Assembly (NCBI GenBank): GCA_002245135.1
Contig: NGBS01000585.1
Coordinates: forward strand, 62,001 to 126,000
Origin: Proteromonas lacertae
Taxonomy: Eukaryota
DNA length: 64,000 nucleotides
Reading direction: 5' to 3'
A program made the translations under genes and the position numbers. Below, one piece after another: positions 13,767-27,484 of this stretch. The first letter of the stretch is position 1. Every line of letters starts with the position of its first letter. Below the pieces are notes generated by a model. That model saw only the letters and a program-made list of their open reading frames with translations. It had not been told where the DNA came from and did not search any database.

Positions 13767-14840
13767 ATGCTTATTTCTCTCTTCATACTTACTTGTTCAA
13801 TATTTACATCAGTTTTTATTTTTATATATCAAATCTACAATCATAAAAAGAAAATTAAAGAGATTGAAAGTAGTTCAAAGCAAGTATTTATTGTTCTATT
13901 AATTTTAAGATTGCTAAAGAATGTAAAGAATCTATATATAAGTTGAGCTGTAAGTTGAAAAAAGAAAAACATCTGATAAATGAATGTTCAAAAGTATTAC
14001 ACATTTTGTGTTTATTCCAATTAGAATCTAGATAAAATTGAATCTGAATCTAGTTTAATTAGTGTAAATCCCATTGGATATGTTGAATCACCTTTTGAAG
14101 ATAATAAATTTGTTCCAAGACATGGTTATTTTACTTCATCAATTAACTCAATTCTGAAAGTAAAATATGATGAAGAAATAGATATTGATGAATTAAAACA
14201 GTATTCACATTTAATTGTTGTGTATTATTGTCACAAAGTGAATATTAATAATGTATTACCAAATAAAGTTCCTCATCCATATTTAGATAATAAAAAGACA
14301 GGAATTTTTTCAACTAGATTGTATTATTATTTAATTAATTATCTTATATATAGTCCAATTCGACCTAATCCAATTGGAATTAGTATAGTAAAATTAAATA
14401 ATATCAGAATTGATGAAACTAGTGAGTATATTTATCTTGATGTTTCAAATGTTGATATGATAAATGAAACTCCAATAATTTCAATCATTCCTTATTCTTC
14501 TACCTTTATTCCAGCAGATACATATTCTCGGTTGTATAGAAATAATATAATTCTATTAAATAGTAATGAAAATGAAATTATCTTATCAATAACATCCAAA
14601 AGAAATGTCATTTTTTCTAAAGAATCAAAAAATGAGTTACAGTCTTTAGTATCGTCTTTCAAATTCTATAAAAACACTGAAGAAATAAAAGATGCAATAA
14701 TTGAGGTATTAAAATGTGATCAAGGTAGAAGAAAGTTGAACATTGAGTATAAATGCAAATTTGACTCAATCATCTCCTGTTTTCAATATACATCAGATGA
14801 TACAATTCTAATCACCAAAATTACACCAAATGCAAAATAA
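13767..14840 (+). CDS. TRMO: tRNA m6t6A37 methyltransferase TrmO (TsaA family)
   Basis: PIGYVESPF..VPRHG, GIFSTR|SPIRPNPIGISIV, VDMINETPII; three short introns. Confidence 0.8.
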
Positions 14841-14866
14841 AAAACACAAAACAGAGTAAAATAATA

Positions 14867-16273
14867 TTATAATTTAATTAACATTACCGTTAAATCGTCG
14901 TGTGTGCTTCTTCTTTGGTTTTCATTCATTTTCTTATACTGTTCCATGGTCACATGACTACACTTAAACGCATGATCCATAGCAGCGAATAATACGGCAT
15001 TTGGTATATCTTCCATCTTTCCATTCACACTTCTTACTATTTTACTAATATCATCATTATCTAGTTCATCCCAAATACCATCAGATGCCATTAATATATA
15101 TTTATCATTCTTCAATGGTTTAAATGCCACTACTTCTGGACGAGATGTGATATAATATCCTTCATTCAGTTTTCTTTCATAATATCTCTTTCTTACCAAT
15201 GATTTATCAAGTTTATCAACTGGATACTAAAAACATTAAATTAATTATATAATAAAATACTTTTAAATGATAATCTCCCAAACTTCTAGAAGGCATTAAG
15301 AATCCTTTAATCCAACAAGATCCTCTTCTATATCTGAACAAATCTTTCACTCTCTTTTCCAACTCCTCAGGACTATCAACTCTTTCACTTTGTTTATCTT
15401 GTAATAATCGTATTTGTTCCAAAGGATTCATGCAGTTATATTCTTCAGTTAAATCTCTTGTTATATAACTTGTATTATCATTTGGATCTGTTGATATTAA
15501 CACAGCATTTGAATCTCCTGCATTTGCTAAATAATAAGTATTATTATAATAAGTGGCGGTTAAACAACAAGTACCTCTGGATGATATTTTATTCTGTAAT
15601 ACATATTTGTATAATTCTTCATCACATAACATATATCCATACATAATTCCTGCTTTTACAACACCATCATCTTGTTTTCTTTCTTGAAATGTCATTACTG
15701 ATTTTTCAATGTAAGAAGCGATGATTTTTGATACTCTTCTGGATACTTCGTGACCTCCATGACCGTCAAATACACCGAATACTATTCCACCTTGTTTGAT
15801 TGGAGTAACTGAGTAGAAATCTTCAATTTGCTTATGACTCTATTATTTTAAATAGGTTATATTTATAATATATTCATACAGTAATTTGTGCTGCTAATAC
15901 TCTTCCTGATAAATAGGAAGGAATTGCATCTGGATTTGTTGTAACCATATCTTTAAATGGACTTTCTATTAATATTTTGGATGGTTTAGATTGATTGTTT
16001 TCCATTTTAGGAGGTTCTGCAGCTTCAGTTGGTTTCGTTAATAGATATCCACCATATATTGCACCACAGGTGAGTCCAATAGGTAATACAAATTTAGTAT
16101 TGAATTTGCTACTTATAATTATGATTGTATTATATACTGATTTGTTTGTTTCACAAATGGTGTAAATGAGTGAGAAGAAAGCTTTCTAAAAGCTTGAGAT
16201 GCATGAACATATCTTCTTGTTGACTAATAAAATAAAATATTAACTATACTGCTTTTATTAATCGAGAAAACAT
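14867..16273 (-). CDS. PP2C-family phosphatase (PDP/Ptc5-like) with probable mitochondrial presequence
   Basis: VFGVFDGHGGH, LANAGDS, PSRSLGD, MASDGIWD, HDDLTV; N-terminus MFSRLIKA.. rich in Arg/Ser. Confidence 0.85.
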
Positions 16274-16425
16274 AATAATTTTAATTTAGTCAAGATCTGT
16301 TCAAACCTCAAGTTTTAAAAATTCATTTTATTCAATCAATACAGCTTTTTAACACTCCAAAATACAAATAAAACATATTTCTTTCTTTAAAATAAAATAT
16401 AATATAAGAAATTTTATCTTTTTTT

Positions 16426-19184
16426 TTATTCTTCTTCTTCATCTTCCTCATCTTCTCCTTCTTCCTCATCATCATCAGCTGTATTAATACTATCTCTTGA
16501 AGAATCTCCTAAATGAGTATCTCTATCGTCATCATCAATTAGATTTCTTCCTTCCTCATCTTCAGATACGGATCTACTACTATCATCATCGTTGTTATTA
16601 AGATCACTTTCATCTTGTCCGTTTATAATATCATACAATTCAGTCCATTGTGCAATAATTCTTCTTTTTCTTTCTAAATCATTCATTGCTCCCATTGATC
16701 TAATTTTTAAATAAGTATCCATTCCCATTTCAAAACCAATTTTATTACTCATTAAAGCAACTGGACTTATTATATATAAGAACATATAATAAACCTTCCA
16801 GAATAATCCAAATATCATTAAACAAGAAGTGATAATCAAAACAACTATTGCAACAATAATTGCAGCAGCTTTTGAATGTTCTTGTACATTAATACTTAAG
16901 AATTTTACTCTATTTTGTAATCTTTCTTCAATTATTTTTCTTGTTTTAATTTCTTGTTCTACATCCAAATCAACCATTTTTACAGTTCTACGAATAGTTG
17001 GTGCAATATTACCAGCTGCATCAGATACAGTATAATTGTACTCCCATGTCTTATTATCAATTTGTCTATGTGTAACGATTACTTTGTCAGTTAAATCACC
17101 ATCATTTTCATCATAAGCTTTAAAACATTTACCATTCTTTGGATCAGTACATAATTCATATTCTTTTGGCATTTTAGGATCTTCAATTAAAGATCCACAT
17201 TTACATATTGCTTTTTCAACATATTGTCTTCCGATTAATGTAATAACTGGTGGTCTTGTATCAATACAACCTGTACCTCCATTTATACCAATTGGTTTAT
17301 GATTATACCAAGGTTCTTCATTCCAATTACGAGTAGCAGCTTCTTTAGTGAAAGCCATCACAATCTTTACATTGATATCCTGCTCTACATTGACAGGAAT
17401 AACTGCCATTCCTATTAATACAATCAGCTAATGGATGACATAAAGGATGGAATTGTTTAGGGAATTTATCTTTTGGTATAGTGCATTCATTAATATCAAC
17501 AATTTCTATATTACGATATGTATTCTGTATTGGTGTCTTTGTATTACTTGGAACTGAAACGGTATAATTAACGGCTCGTTTAAAATAGCCAACATCTAAT
17601 AGATATTCATATTGTAACACTGGATCCCATTCAACATGATATTTGTGTTTAGAATTATCATTTCGAGAGTGTAATATCTGAATACCTTTCTCAATGTAAC
17701 TAGAGTATTGAGTTAATCTCATATTCTTTTCTCCTTTTGGTACTACCTCTGGTGGTCGTTTATCTATACATCCATTATCAGTATGACCATTGAAGGTTGG
17801 ATCAGTCTCAAAACCATTTTTACATATACATTCAAAACTACCATCAGTATCATGACATATTGCATTATCACTACAATCATGAGCACCTTTATCAATACCT
17901 TTTCTTAATGTACATTCATTGATATTCACACATACATTCTTACCATATCGAGCTACTAATGCATATCCTTTATCACATACACATTCATATTTACCTGGAA
18001 GATTGATACATTTAGCATGATCACCACAGATATGAGTAACATTCTCATTTTCACATTCGTTTATATCAGTACATCCTGTTCCATTCTTTAAACCATCACC
18101 TCTAAATCCAATAGGGCAATGACATTGATAATAAGCTGGTCTATTATCTGTCTTATAACACTCTTTATTATTCTCATTACATGGAACACATTTTGCATTT
18201 GTTACACATTTATGATCATTAAAGTCACATGATTTTCGAGGAATACAGTGATAACCATCTCCTTCATAACCATCAGTACATGTACAATTGTAAGAACCTA
18301 ATGTATTTGTACAAGTAGCGTATTTACTACATCTATTTAACTCCTTTTTACTACATTCATCAATATCTTCACATTTTTTACCTGGATTTTTTGGATCTAA
18401 GTCTTTATAACCTGGTTTACAGACACATTCAAAACCACCATCTTTATTAATACATTGTGTATTACTTGGACAGTTGTGAAGTGTTATATTTGCACATTCA
18501 TCTATATCCTCGCATCTTTGACTTGCTTTACATTTATCATTATCTAGATAATCTTCATCACATTCGTGATTTACTTTGTAGCCAGTTTGACATTTACATT
18601 GGTAAGATCCTGCTGTATTTACACAGATCATATGAGCGTCTAAACACTTATGAATACCTAATTCACACTCATTAATATCATCAATTAGGACTTTGAATAT
18701 TATACACTCTACATGACTTGCATTATTATTATCCATGAAGGTTACATTGGCAGTAATCTATTAAATTAAATAAATATTGAAAATAAATATACATTATATT
18801 CACCTACCTTTCTAGAAGCCATGTTTCCATCAAATAAAATATCGACTGATTTTACACGTTCGGTTGTATGTCTTTTACGTAAGTCAACTGTGATTTTATG
18901 CATTAATTCAGCATTATTCTCAACGTTTTCTGTTGCCTGCTGCATTTTGATGGTTTCATTCCATATTGAACAACTTCCTACATCAAAAACACTTCCTTGT
19001 CCCATTCCATACTTCTTTTCTGATTTCTTTGGTGTAGGAGGTTCAGGTTTTGCTTGTTTCTTTTCCTTATTATCTTCAGCAGCTTCAATTGGTACTGACC
19101 TATAAATATGAATTGTCATCTCAATGTATACATTACAAGCATAATACATGCTAATATAAATGCAATTCTATATAGATTTTTCAT
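16426..19184 (-). CDS. Type I membrane protein with many calcium-binding EGF repeats, DUF5011-like Ig modules, one TM helix and an acidic tail
   Basis: Signal peptide exon; repeated DI[DN]EC..C..C.N..G.Y.C.C; PPVITLIG..AYDENDGDLTDKV..YTVSDAAGN; TM AAAIIVAIVVLII; +1 frameshift at 17351-17353. Confidence 0.8.
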
Positions 19185-19290
19185 TGTCAATATTTATAAA
19201 ACCAGTTAAATGATTTGTTATACTTTCTATTACTACTAATTTTTAAATCTTGAGAAATAATGCAAATCTTCAAGCCTTGAGTTTGTTAAT

Positions 19291-19302
19291 TTTGGCGCGA
19301 AA
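19291..19302. promoter_or_regulatory. Overlapping E2F-type site TTTGGCGCGAAA
   Basis: Matches TTTSSCGC on both strands; 6 nt upstream of the dUTPase ATG; GC-rich word in AT-rich DNA. Confidence 0.65.
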
Positions 19303-19308
19303 ATAAAA

Positions 19309-20669
19309 ATGCAATTATTAGTAAAGAAATTGAGCGAAAATGCTATTATTCCAACAAGAGGATCAATGTACGCAGCAGGATTAGATCTTTATAGGTATAA
19401 ATGTTGTATGTCTTATTGAATCTAGTTCAAACAACTATACAATTCCTGCTCATGGTAAAGAATTAGTTAAAACAGATATTGCTATTGCCATTCCATATGG
19501 GTTTTATGGAAGAGTCGGTATTGTTCATAAAATCATTCAATTTAATAGCTCCTCGTTCTGGTTTAGCATGGAAGAACTTCATTGATATTGGTGCTGGAGT
19601 AATTGATAGTGATTATAGAGGAAATGTTGGTGTAGTTACCTTCAATCATGCAGATACTGATTTTCAAGTAAAGAGAGGTGACAGAATAGCGCAGTTAATC
19701 ATAGAACAAATATCATTAGCTTCAGCAACACAAGTAGAATCATTTGAAGAGAATAACAAGAATGATTCATTAGAAGTGAAACTACTGTCGTCAGATGCTA
19801 AATTACCTATCAGAGGATCTGTAGAAGCAGCTGGATTTGATCTGTTCAGTTCAAAAGAGGTTATAGTGCAACCGCACTCATCATCGATAATTCCAACCGA
19901 TATAATAGTCCATCCTCCAATAGGAACATATTGTCGAATAGCTCCAAGATCAGGAATGGCATGGAAGAATTTCACTGATATAAGTGCAGGTGTAATAACC
20001 TTTGGTGATATTTCTAATCCTTTAAATATTTATTTACATAATCACAATAGTAATGAATTAAGAATAGAAAAGGGAGATAGAGTAGCTCAGTTAATATTAG
20101 AAGCATATGAAAAAGTGGAGGTTATTCAAACAGATAAATTAGATGAAACAAGCAGAGGAGCTAACGGATTTGGATCAACTGGTGTTAGTCTGAATGATGA
20201 TAATAATCATAGCGATAATTCACCACATGTCGATAAGAAAAGGAAATTATCTGATTCTTCAATTACAAGTAATCTCTATTATACTAAAGAGGATATTGCA
20301 CATATTCCAACCTTGAAGAATGATGTGATTAAATTATATAGCAAAGAACAACAAACACTCTCTCCATTCAGTAAAAATATTGTTAAAACTGGTGTATTTA
20401 CAAGTATTCCTAATGGAACATATGGTAGAATATCTTGCACACCTAAATTAGCTAAGCAATTTGTTGATGGTGGAGCTGGTGTTATTGATTCAGATTATAG
20501 AGGTGAAATTGGTGTTATTCTTTTTAATCATTCTCCAAATGAAATTGTAATAAATGGAGAAGTATGTAATATGACAATTGAAAGGATTTCTCTATGCTCT
20601 GTGAAAGAAGTTGAAGAATTGACTGATACTGATAGAGGTGCTGGAGGTTTTGGTTCTACTGGAAAATAA
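19309..20669 (+). CDS. DUT: Single-chain triple-domain dUTPase
   Basis: ATG 19309 plus two short introns give MQLLVKKLSENAIIPTRGSMYAAGLDLYS..RVAPRSGLA..GVIDSDYRG; two further dUTPase domains follow. Confidence 0.92.
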
Positions 20670-20838
20670 AATAGTTACATATCCTAAATCTAATAAATAT
20701 TTTATTAAAATATGTCTATATAATGATAAAACTAAAAAAGAATAATCTGGCTTGACCTATTCAAGCAAACCAATTAAAATTAAAAACGTTTTTCGTTATT
20801 TAAATAAATTTCTTTTTTTCTAATCAAATCAATATAAA

Positions 20839-21214
20839 ATGTCCACATTTGTTGTATGAATAATTTATAAAACCAATTAAATTCATAATATTTATACCAT
20901 TTAATTTATAGACACCAGATTCAAAAAAAGAAGAATTCCGTAAGGCTTTAGAAAAAGGAGGAGTAATTGATGCTTTAACAAAGGTTTTAGTATCATTATA
21001 TGAAGAACCAAACTTCCCAGTCAACGCAACAGAATATATTAAAAGACAACTTGGTGCTGATACTAGTGTTGATACAGACTCTCTTCGTGCAGAAAATGAA
21101 CAATTAAAACTAGAGGTTGAACAATATAAAGCTCGTGTTGAAGAATTAGAAAAACAAGTATATTAAAAATATGTTTATTATTCATAGTTGGAGGAATCTA
21201 AACAACAAGCATAA
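20839..21214 (+). CDS. MYCBP: c-Myc-binding protein / FAP174 homolog
   Basis: After intron 20854-20911: DSKKEEFRKALEKGGVIDALTKVLVSLYEEP..ATEYIKRQLG; not in the ORF track. Confidence 0.9.
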
Positions 21215-21349
21215 CTTATTTAGTAAAATTATATGTTAATTGTTGTATTTTGGGATTTATTCATAATTCATACATAGAATCTCTTTAATCTTTTTAAAAT
21301 GCTGATAATATTTTGTCTGTGCTATTATTTAAACTATCATATATTAAGA

Positions 21350-22258
21350 ATGCCAAAAGAAACTAAATCACATTATTTTGAAGAAACACCTCCACCAACT
21401 CCTACAAAAAGAGTAAAAATAATATATACAATTATATAGAAAGCAACTGATGAAAAAAGTAAGATGAAGAAATCAAGAACTAGTAATTGGAAGGAATTAT
21501 ATGATGTATTATAGCTCATATAGTTTAGTTGATTGTAAAAATGCGTGCAAAAGAGACAGCTCCAGTAGATGGTCCATGGAGCTGAAAGATTAGCAAATAG
21601 AGCTTTACCGCCAAAAATATTCCGATATCAGACTTTAGTTGGAACTATGTTGTCTGCACAAACAAAAGATGATGTATATATTAGATTAATAGTGTTTAGA
21701 TAACTTGGTCAGCAATGAAAAGATTAAAAGAACATGGTTGCACTCCAGAAGTGATATCAAAGACTTCAATAGAGGATCTAGAAGCTTTTATATACCCAGT
21801 TGGTTTCTATAAAAGAAAAGCAAAATATCTTCATGATTTGACAGAAATATTAATTGAAAAATATGATGGAGATATACCAAAAACATCAAAAGAATTGAAA
21901 GAATTACCAGGAGTTGGTGAAAAAGTCTCTCAATTAGTATTACAGATTGCTTGGGATATTGTTGAAGGAATATCAGTTGATGTACATGTTCACAGGATAA
22001 GTAATAGATTTAAATGGGTAGACACAAATGAACCTGATAAAACCAAAGTAGAATTAGAGAAATTTCTACCGAAAGTATAACATATATTAATATTATACTT
22101 ATAGAGAATACTGGAGACCAATAAACCCTTTACTTGTTGGTTTTGGACAACAAATCTGTACTCCTGTGAATCCAAAGTGTAATATCTGTTTATGTCATGA
22201 TCTATGTCCTTCATCAACTTGGAAAGGTAAAGAGTTAAAACCAACAGATCTCTTTTGA
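21350..22258 (+). CDS. NTHL1: Endonuclease III-like DNA glycosylase (HhH-GPD, 4Fe-4S)
   Basis: [62 protein letters not shown]; +1 frameshift at 21571. Confidence 0.92.
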
Positions 22259-22443
22259 AATAACAATAATTTTCACTATTTATTTATTCTTATTTCATTC
22301 ATATCATTAATTCTTATTCAAGTGTTGTGTGTAATGTATTTCTGATATAAAATAATGATTGTATTAGATATCAATGTAAAAAAGAAAAAAAAACTAAATT
22401 TCACGATCTGATCTAATCTCGCTGTAAATTGATTTTTTGAATT

Positions 22444-23477
22444 ATGTCAGAACCACAAAAGCAAAATCGTATAATATATATTTATTTACTGAAATAATTA
22501 ACATAGAAACAGTTCCATCGGCTCAAACAAATCCCAGTTCCAATTCTACAGTACAAACCACAGCTGGTAGAAATAGTGATCCTAATGGTGTGCAACAAAC
22601 ATTTCCACCAATTAACTCATTACAAGCTCAAAATCCTGCAAGTCAGCAACAACTACAACAATCTTCACAAATTAATGCCACAGGTCATCTTCCTGTAATT
22701 CCCAATCAACCACAAAATGCTAATATACATATTGATGAAGAAAGTGATGAAGAATATCCAGCAAATCAACAATTTACACAGCCGCAGCCACCACCACCTC
22801 AATATCAGCCACCTCCACCGCCTTCATCTTCAGATGTAAAAACAGCCGGTTCTGGTAGATCCAAAGATAAATTAGATGATTATAAAGAAAAATCAAAACT
22901 ACCCTTTGGATTAAAGATTCAACCAAGAATTTGTCGACCGACTCGAGGAATCAAAATAGATAATTTAGAAAAATATTTAAAAGAACATAACTTTCAAAGT
23001 TATTTAAACGAATTGGAAATAGTAGAATTATTTGCTGATTCAGGAATAACAACCACAGTATATGTGCTATTAATAGGTGGATATTTAATAACAAAGAAAA
23101 TATTCCAAATACAACATTTAATCACTAAATATTCTGATAAAAATAAACTAGATAAACCTGTGAATGACAATTTATTAGCAGCATTAGTTGGTTTAGTTTC
23201 AGAACCAAATTCAATTGATATGTGGAAGAATGTTGTTGGTTTATATGAGAAAGATTTACCAACACAAAAATGTTTATCTGAATATTCCAAATTATTCCCA
23301 CTGTTAACAGGTTGTATGAAAGAAGTGATGAATAAGAAAGAAGTTGAATTAACTGAACAACAAGAAATAATGAGAAAATATTTGTTAGAGAAAAAGAATA
23401 ATGAAGATAGAACGTTTAGTACTATTGAAGAATGTGCAAAGAATTTAACTGAAGTTGATCCCAATATAAGTAAGTAG
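22444..23477 (+). CDS. Hypothetical protein with Q/P-rich N-terminus and helical C-terminus
   Basis: ATG 22444, one short intron, long ORF; no family recognised. Confidence 0.6.
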
Positions 23478-23561
23478 ATTTTAATAATAATAATCTTTAT
23501 TATATTTCAAAATTTTTATAATTGTTTTTTTGTAATTAATAAATTAAAAACATAAATTAAT

Positions 23562-24512
23562 TTAATTAAAATATACAGGTTTATTAACATTAAGAATAGT
23601 TGGTTTATCTTTCAAATCTTTATTAGTAATTATCCACAAATAATCCATAAACTTATTTTCATCAAATCGAGATGTTGAATTATCAAAAATATTCATTACT
23701 TCACTAAAAACTTCACTTTCTCTCATTCTTAATGTAAAATATTGATAAGCTTCAATATCTGCTTTTATATCGATCAAAGTAGCATTTCCTAAAGCATATA
23801 ACATTGTTATATTCGATAATAATTCCCATTTCTGTTTCATCGTTTCAGCTTGTACTTTTATTACATCTTGTGTCTTTTTTGCTAATTCTATATCTTGTTC
23901 AGCATTTACACTGTTTTGTATGGCTAAAGATATTTCATCTGGTAAATCTGAACCTATTAATTTGACTGCTATTACATCAACACAAAACGGATTTAATGTT
24001 TTTGTTATTTCTGTGTTTAGTTTATTAACTATATCTGATCTTCTTTGATATGTATCTAATGCTTTAAAAACTGAAAAAACATCCCTTACTGACATCTGTG
24101 TTAAGTATTTTAGTGTTGGAACAATGTTACCATTATAATCAACATGTATTCTATGTATTTCATCATAGGTTGTTTTGTATTTATAAACGACAGAAATATC
24201 AATTGGCATTGTTAGTCCATCATTGGAGACACATTTAACATTTGTTAGAGTAAAGACTTGTTGAGTTGTTGGTAATGTTCTGTAAGTAGTATAATAACCG
24301 GCAAAGTGTAATCCTTCTCCTACTACTTCTCCATCTGTATATTCTCTTGTTAAAGTGTTGTAAGGTATTCCAACACAATTAGAACATACTTTAGCTAAAG
24401 GAGGCAATATGAAGATCATGCAACAGATTCCAACAACAACAATAGTTGCAATAGTAACAATTATAACTGTAGCAACTAAATATGATTATAGAATAATAAA
24501 TATACTGTTCAT
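23562..24512 (-). CDS. SPFH/band-7 (prohibitin-like) membrane protein
   Basis: N-terminal TM; GEGLHF..CVSNDGLTMPIDISVVY..RSDI..LPDEISLAIQNSVNAEQD. Confidence 0.75.
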
Positions 24513-24621
24513 ATCGATAGAAAAGAGAGTTTTAATTTTTCTATTTGTCCGTTTCAAAAAAAATAAAAATTGATAGAAATCAACAAATAATAGAAAAAAC
24601 ACTATAGTAATAATTTGTATA

Positions 24622-27217
24622 TTATTCTTTCGATGGAATATCTTTGAAAAGAGGCAAATCAATAAGATCATCAATACTCCACCTCTTTGCTGGATCTTTC
24701 TGAAGCATCATTTTAACAACATACTTCAAAGATCCAGAAAATCTAGCAGGCAAATCTTTAGACTCTTCTCTCAAAATATGTCTTTGCAGAATTGCAACAG
24801 AATTACCCACAAAAGCAGGTACACCAGTGCAAAGTTCATAGATAATACATCCTAAACTCCATATGTCTACTTTATTAGTATATGGTTGTTGAGAAATCAC
24901 TTCAGGAGCCATATACAATGGTGTTCCAATAATTGTTCTTGCCATACTATCTTCCGTTGGTACTTTTTTCGATACTCCAAAATCTGCAATAACACAATTA
25001 TAGTCTTCATCTAGTAATATATTCTCAGGTTTTAAATCTCTATGAATAATACCATTATGATGTAAATAGTATAAACCATCAACAATTTGTTTGAAATACT
25101 TTAAGATTTTTGATTCTTCATATTTTCTCCCTTTTCCTGCTTTAGCAACCATTGAAAATAGATCAGAATTCTCACAATATTGAATAATAATGTATTCTAA
25201 CGAATAAGCTACAGCACCATCATAATATTTCAATATATTAGGATGATTAAATGATTTTAATAAATCTAATTCTTGTTCCATCATCAATAGAACTTGTTTA
25301 TCAACACCTCTTAAATTGATTTCTTTCATTGCATATAGTTTTTTATCTTCTATATTCTTTACTAACCACACTTTACCATAGGTTCCTTTACCTAATTCTT
25401 TTTGTTTTTCATATTTTACCATCAATGCTTTTATTTTCTTTTTACTTTCCATTTCTTCTAATTCTTTCTCTGTTGGTGGTTTTCTTTGTCTTAATTGAGT
25501 TTGTTTACCTCCACCAGCTACTACAACCTTTGGTTTATCTTCTGCTGGGTTTGGTGTTTCCTTTTGTTGTTGTTGTTGTTGTGATGGTTTAAATACTGAT
25601 ACTGGCTTACCTACTGCTACTTTTGGTGTTGGTGGTTTAGCATTTGAATCATCTCTTAAATTGATTGGTTTAGCATTAGCAATAACATTTCCTTTCTTCT
25701 TTGGATTTAATGGTGTTTGCTTAGAACGAGATGATGGATTGGGCGATGGTTGTTGAACTGGAGCAGCAGCTGGTGCTGGTGTTGGTTTGGGTTGTTCCAC
25801 TGGTTTAGACTCTTGTTTTGGTTTTAGAATAGGTTTAGATTCTTGTTTAGGTTGTTGCTGTTGTGGTTGTAGTGGTGATTGTGATGGTGGAGGCATATTA
25901 TTATTATTCTCACCAGGTTTATTATGAGTAATCATAGTAGCATTGAGATTATTCAAATTAATATTTGAATTATTTGATTCAGTAGATGATGATGAAGATG
26001 CTAATGATCCTCTTCTAAATACAGATGATGAATCTTGTGAAGATCTTCGATTCTGTGATGATGAATTAGGAGGTTTAACTCTACCAGGCATTTTTATTGG
26101 TCTATCTTGATATACAGAAGGATTATTAACAGCATTTAAGTTACTAACACTTCGTGGTCTATCTTGTAATGATGATGGATTTAATGGTGGTGAAGATGAT
26201 GGAGATGATTTGGGTGAAGGAGATGGTATTAATGGTGGTTTATCATTATTAGATGATATTGCTGGTGGTATATTAGATGATGGATGGAATGATACATCAG
26301 TTGGTATTGATTGGTTCATTAATGTTACATTACTTGGTGGTACAGAAATTGTATTAACGTTTGGTAAATTGAACTTATTCAATCCACTTGGAATACAAGT
26401 TAATGTTTCTCTACAGTTGGATGGTAAATATTTTAATGCATTTTCTGGATCATTTAATATATGTCTAATGCTACTAATTGCTAAACGATTGTATTTGTCT
26501 GTACACATCGTACATTCTAACAAAATACGAAATTGAATTGGAAAAGTTGGTGGAAATGCAATATTACTAGGTGGTGGGTTGGGTGGATCATTGTGAGTTA
26601 GTAAAAAGAATAATATACAACCAAATGAGTAGATATCTACAGATTGATCAACTTGAACTTGTGTTAGAATATCTGGACATGCATAAGCACTTTTGAAATA
26701 ATCAAAATTTGGGAAAGAATTAGCTAAACTATTGTCTGTTAATAACATAAAACCTTCAGAAGTAATTACTACATTTGAAGGTTTTAAATTCTTGTAGATG
26801 TAACTAGAACCTGCAAAATATGTTAGTGCATTTAATATTACATGTAATACATTTGTGATAAACTCTGTATTTGGTACAACTGAACCAATATACGAGGATA
26901 GATTACATGAACCTAGATTCATGTACATTTGCAATCTACCTGCTTTTGAATCTACTTTAGACACTTTAACTAGGTTTTGACAAGACATTTGTTGATAGAA
27001 AGATGCCTAGAGCAATAATCAGTATGATAAAAATATACTTCATAAAATAATTTACTTTGAATAGCATTTGAAAACTTAGTTGTAGCTATTTCTTTTACTG
27101 CCCATTGCTCTCCAGTTGCAGGACTCAAAAGCTTATAAACCACACCAATAACACCCTTTCCAATAACTGAAAACTCCTATGAATGTATATTTCTACTGTA
27201 AATACCAAAGAGCTCAT
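24622..27217 (-). CDS. Tandem kinase: degenerate N-terminal kinase, P/S/Q linker, C-terminal NEK-like kinase
   Basis: C-terminal LGKGTYG, AMKEI, HRDLKPEN, DFG, GTPLYMAPE; N-terminal IGKGVIG, AVKEI, YKNLKPSN, DNS. Confidence 0.85.
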
Positions 27218-27484
27218 AAAAACAAAAAAATTAGTCAAAAATTTAAGTTACTGAAAACATGAGTTTTATGTACAATGATTAAACACTCCTTTTTCTTCTG
27301 TTATAGAGAAATATAAAGCAAATAATAGAATAGTATAAACTCAGTTCAATGTTATACATCAAATATATAAAATGAGATACAATTGTCAAAACCAATAAAT
27401 CAAAAACATAAAAAATAAAAATGCAATAGATTTATATATACTACATATACATTTTACTATAGAAATATTTACTTTGTAATTAGT

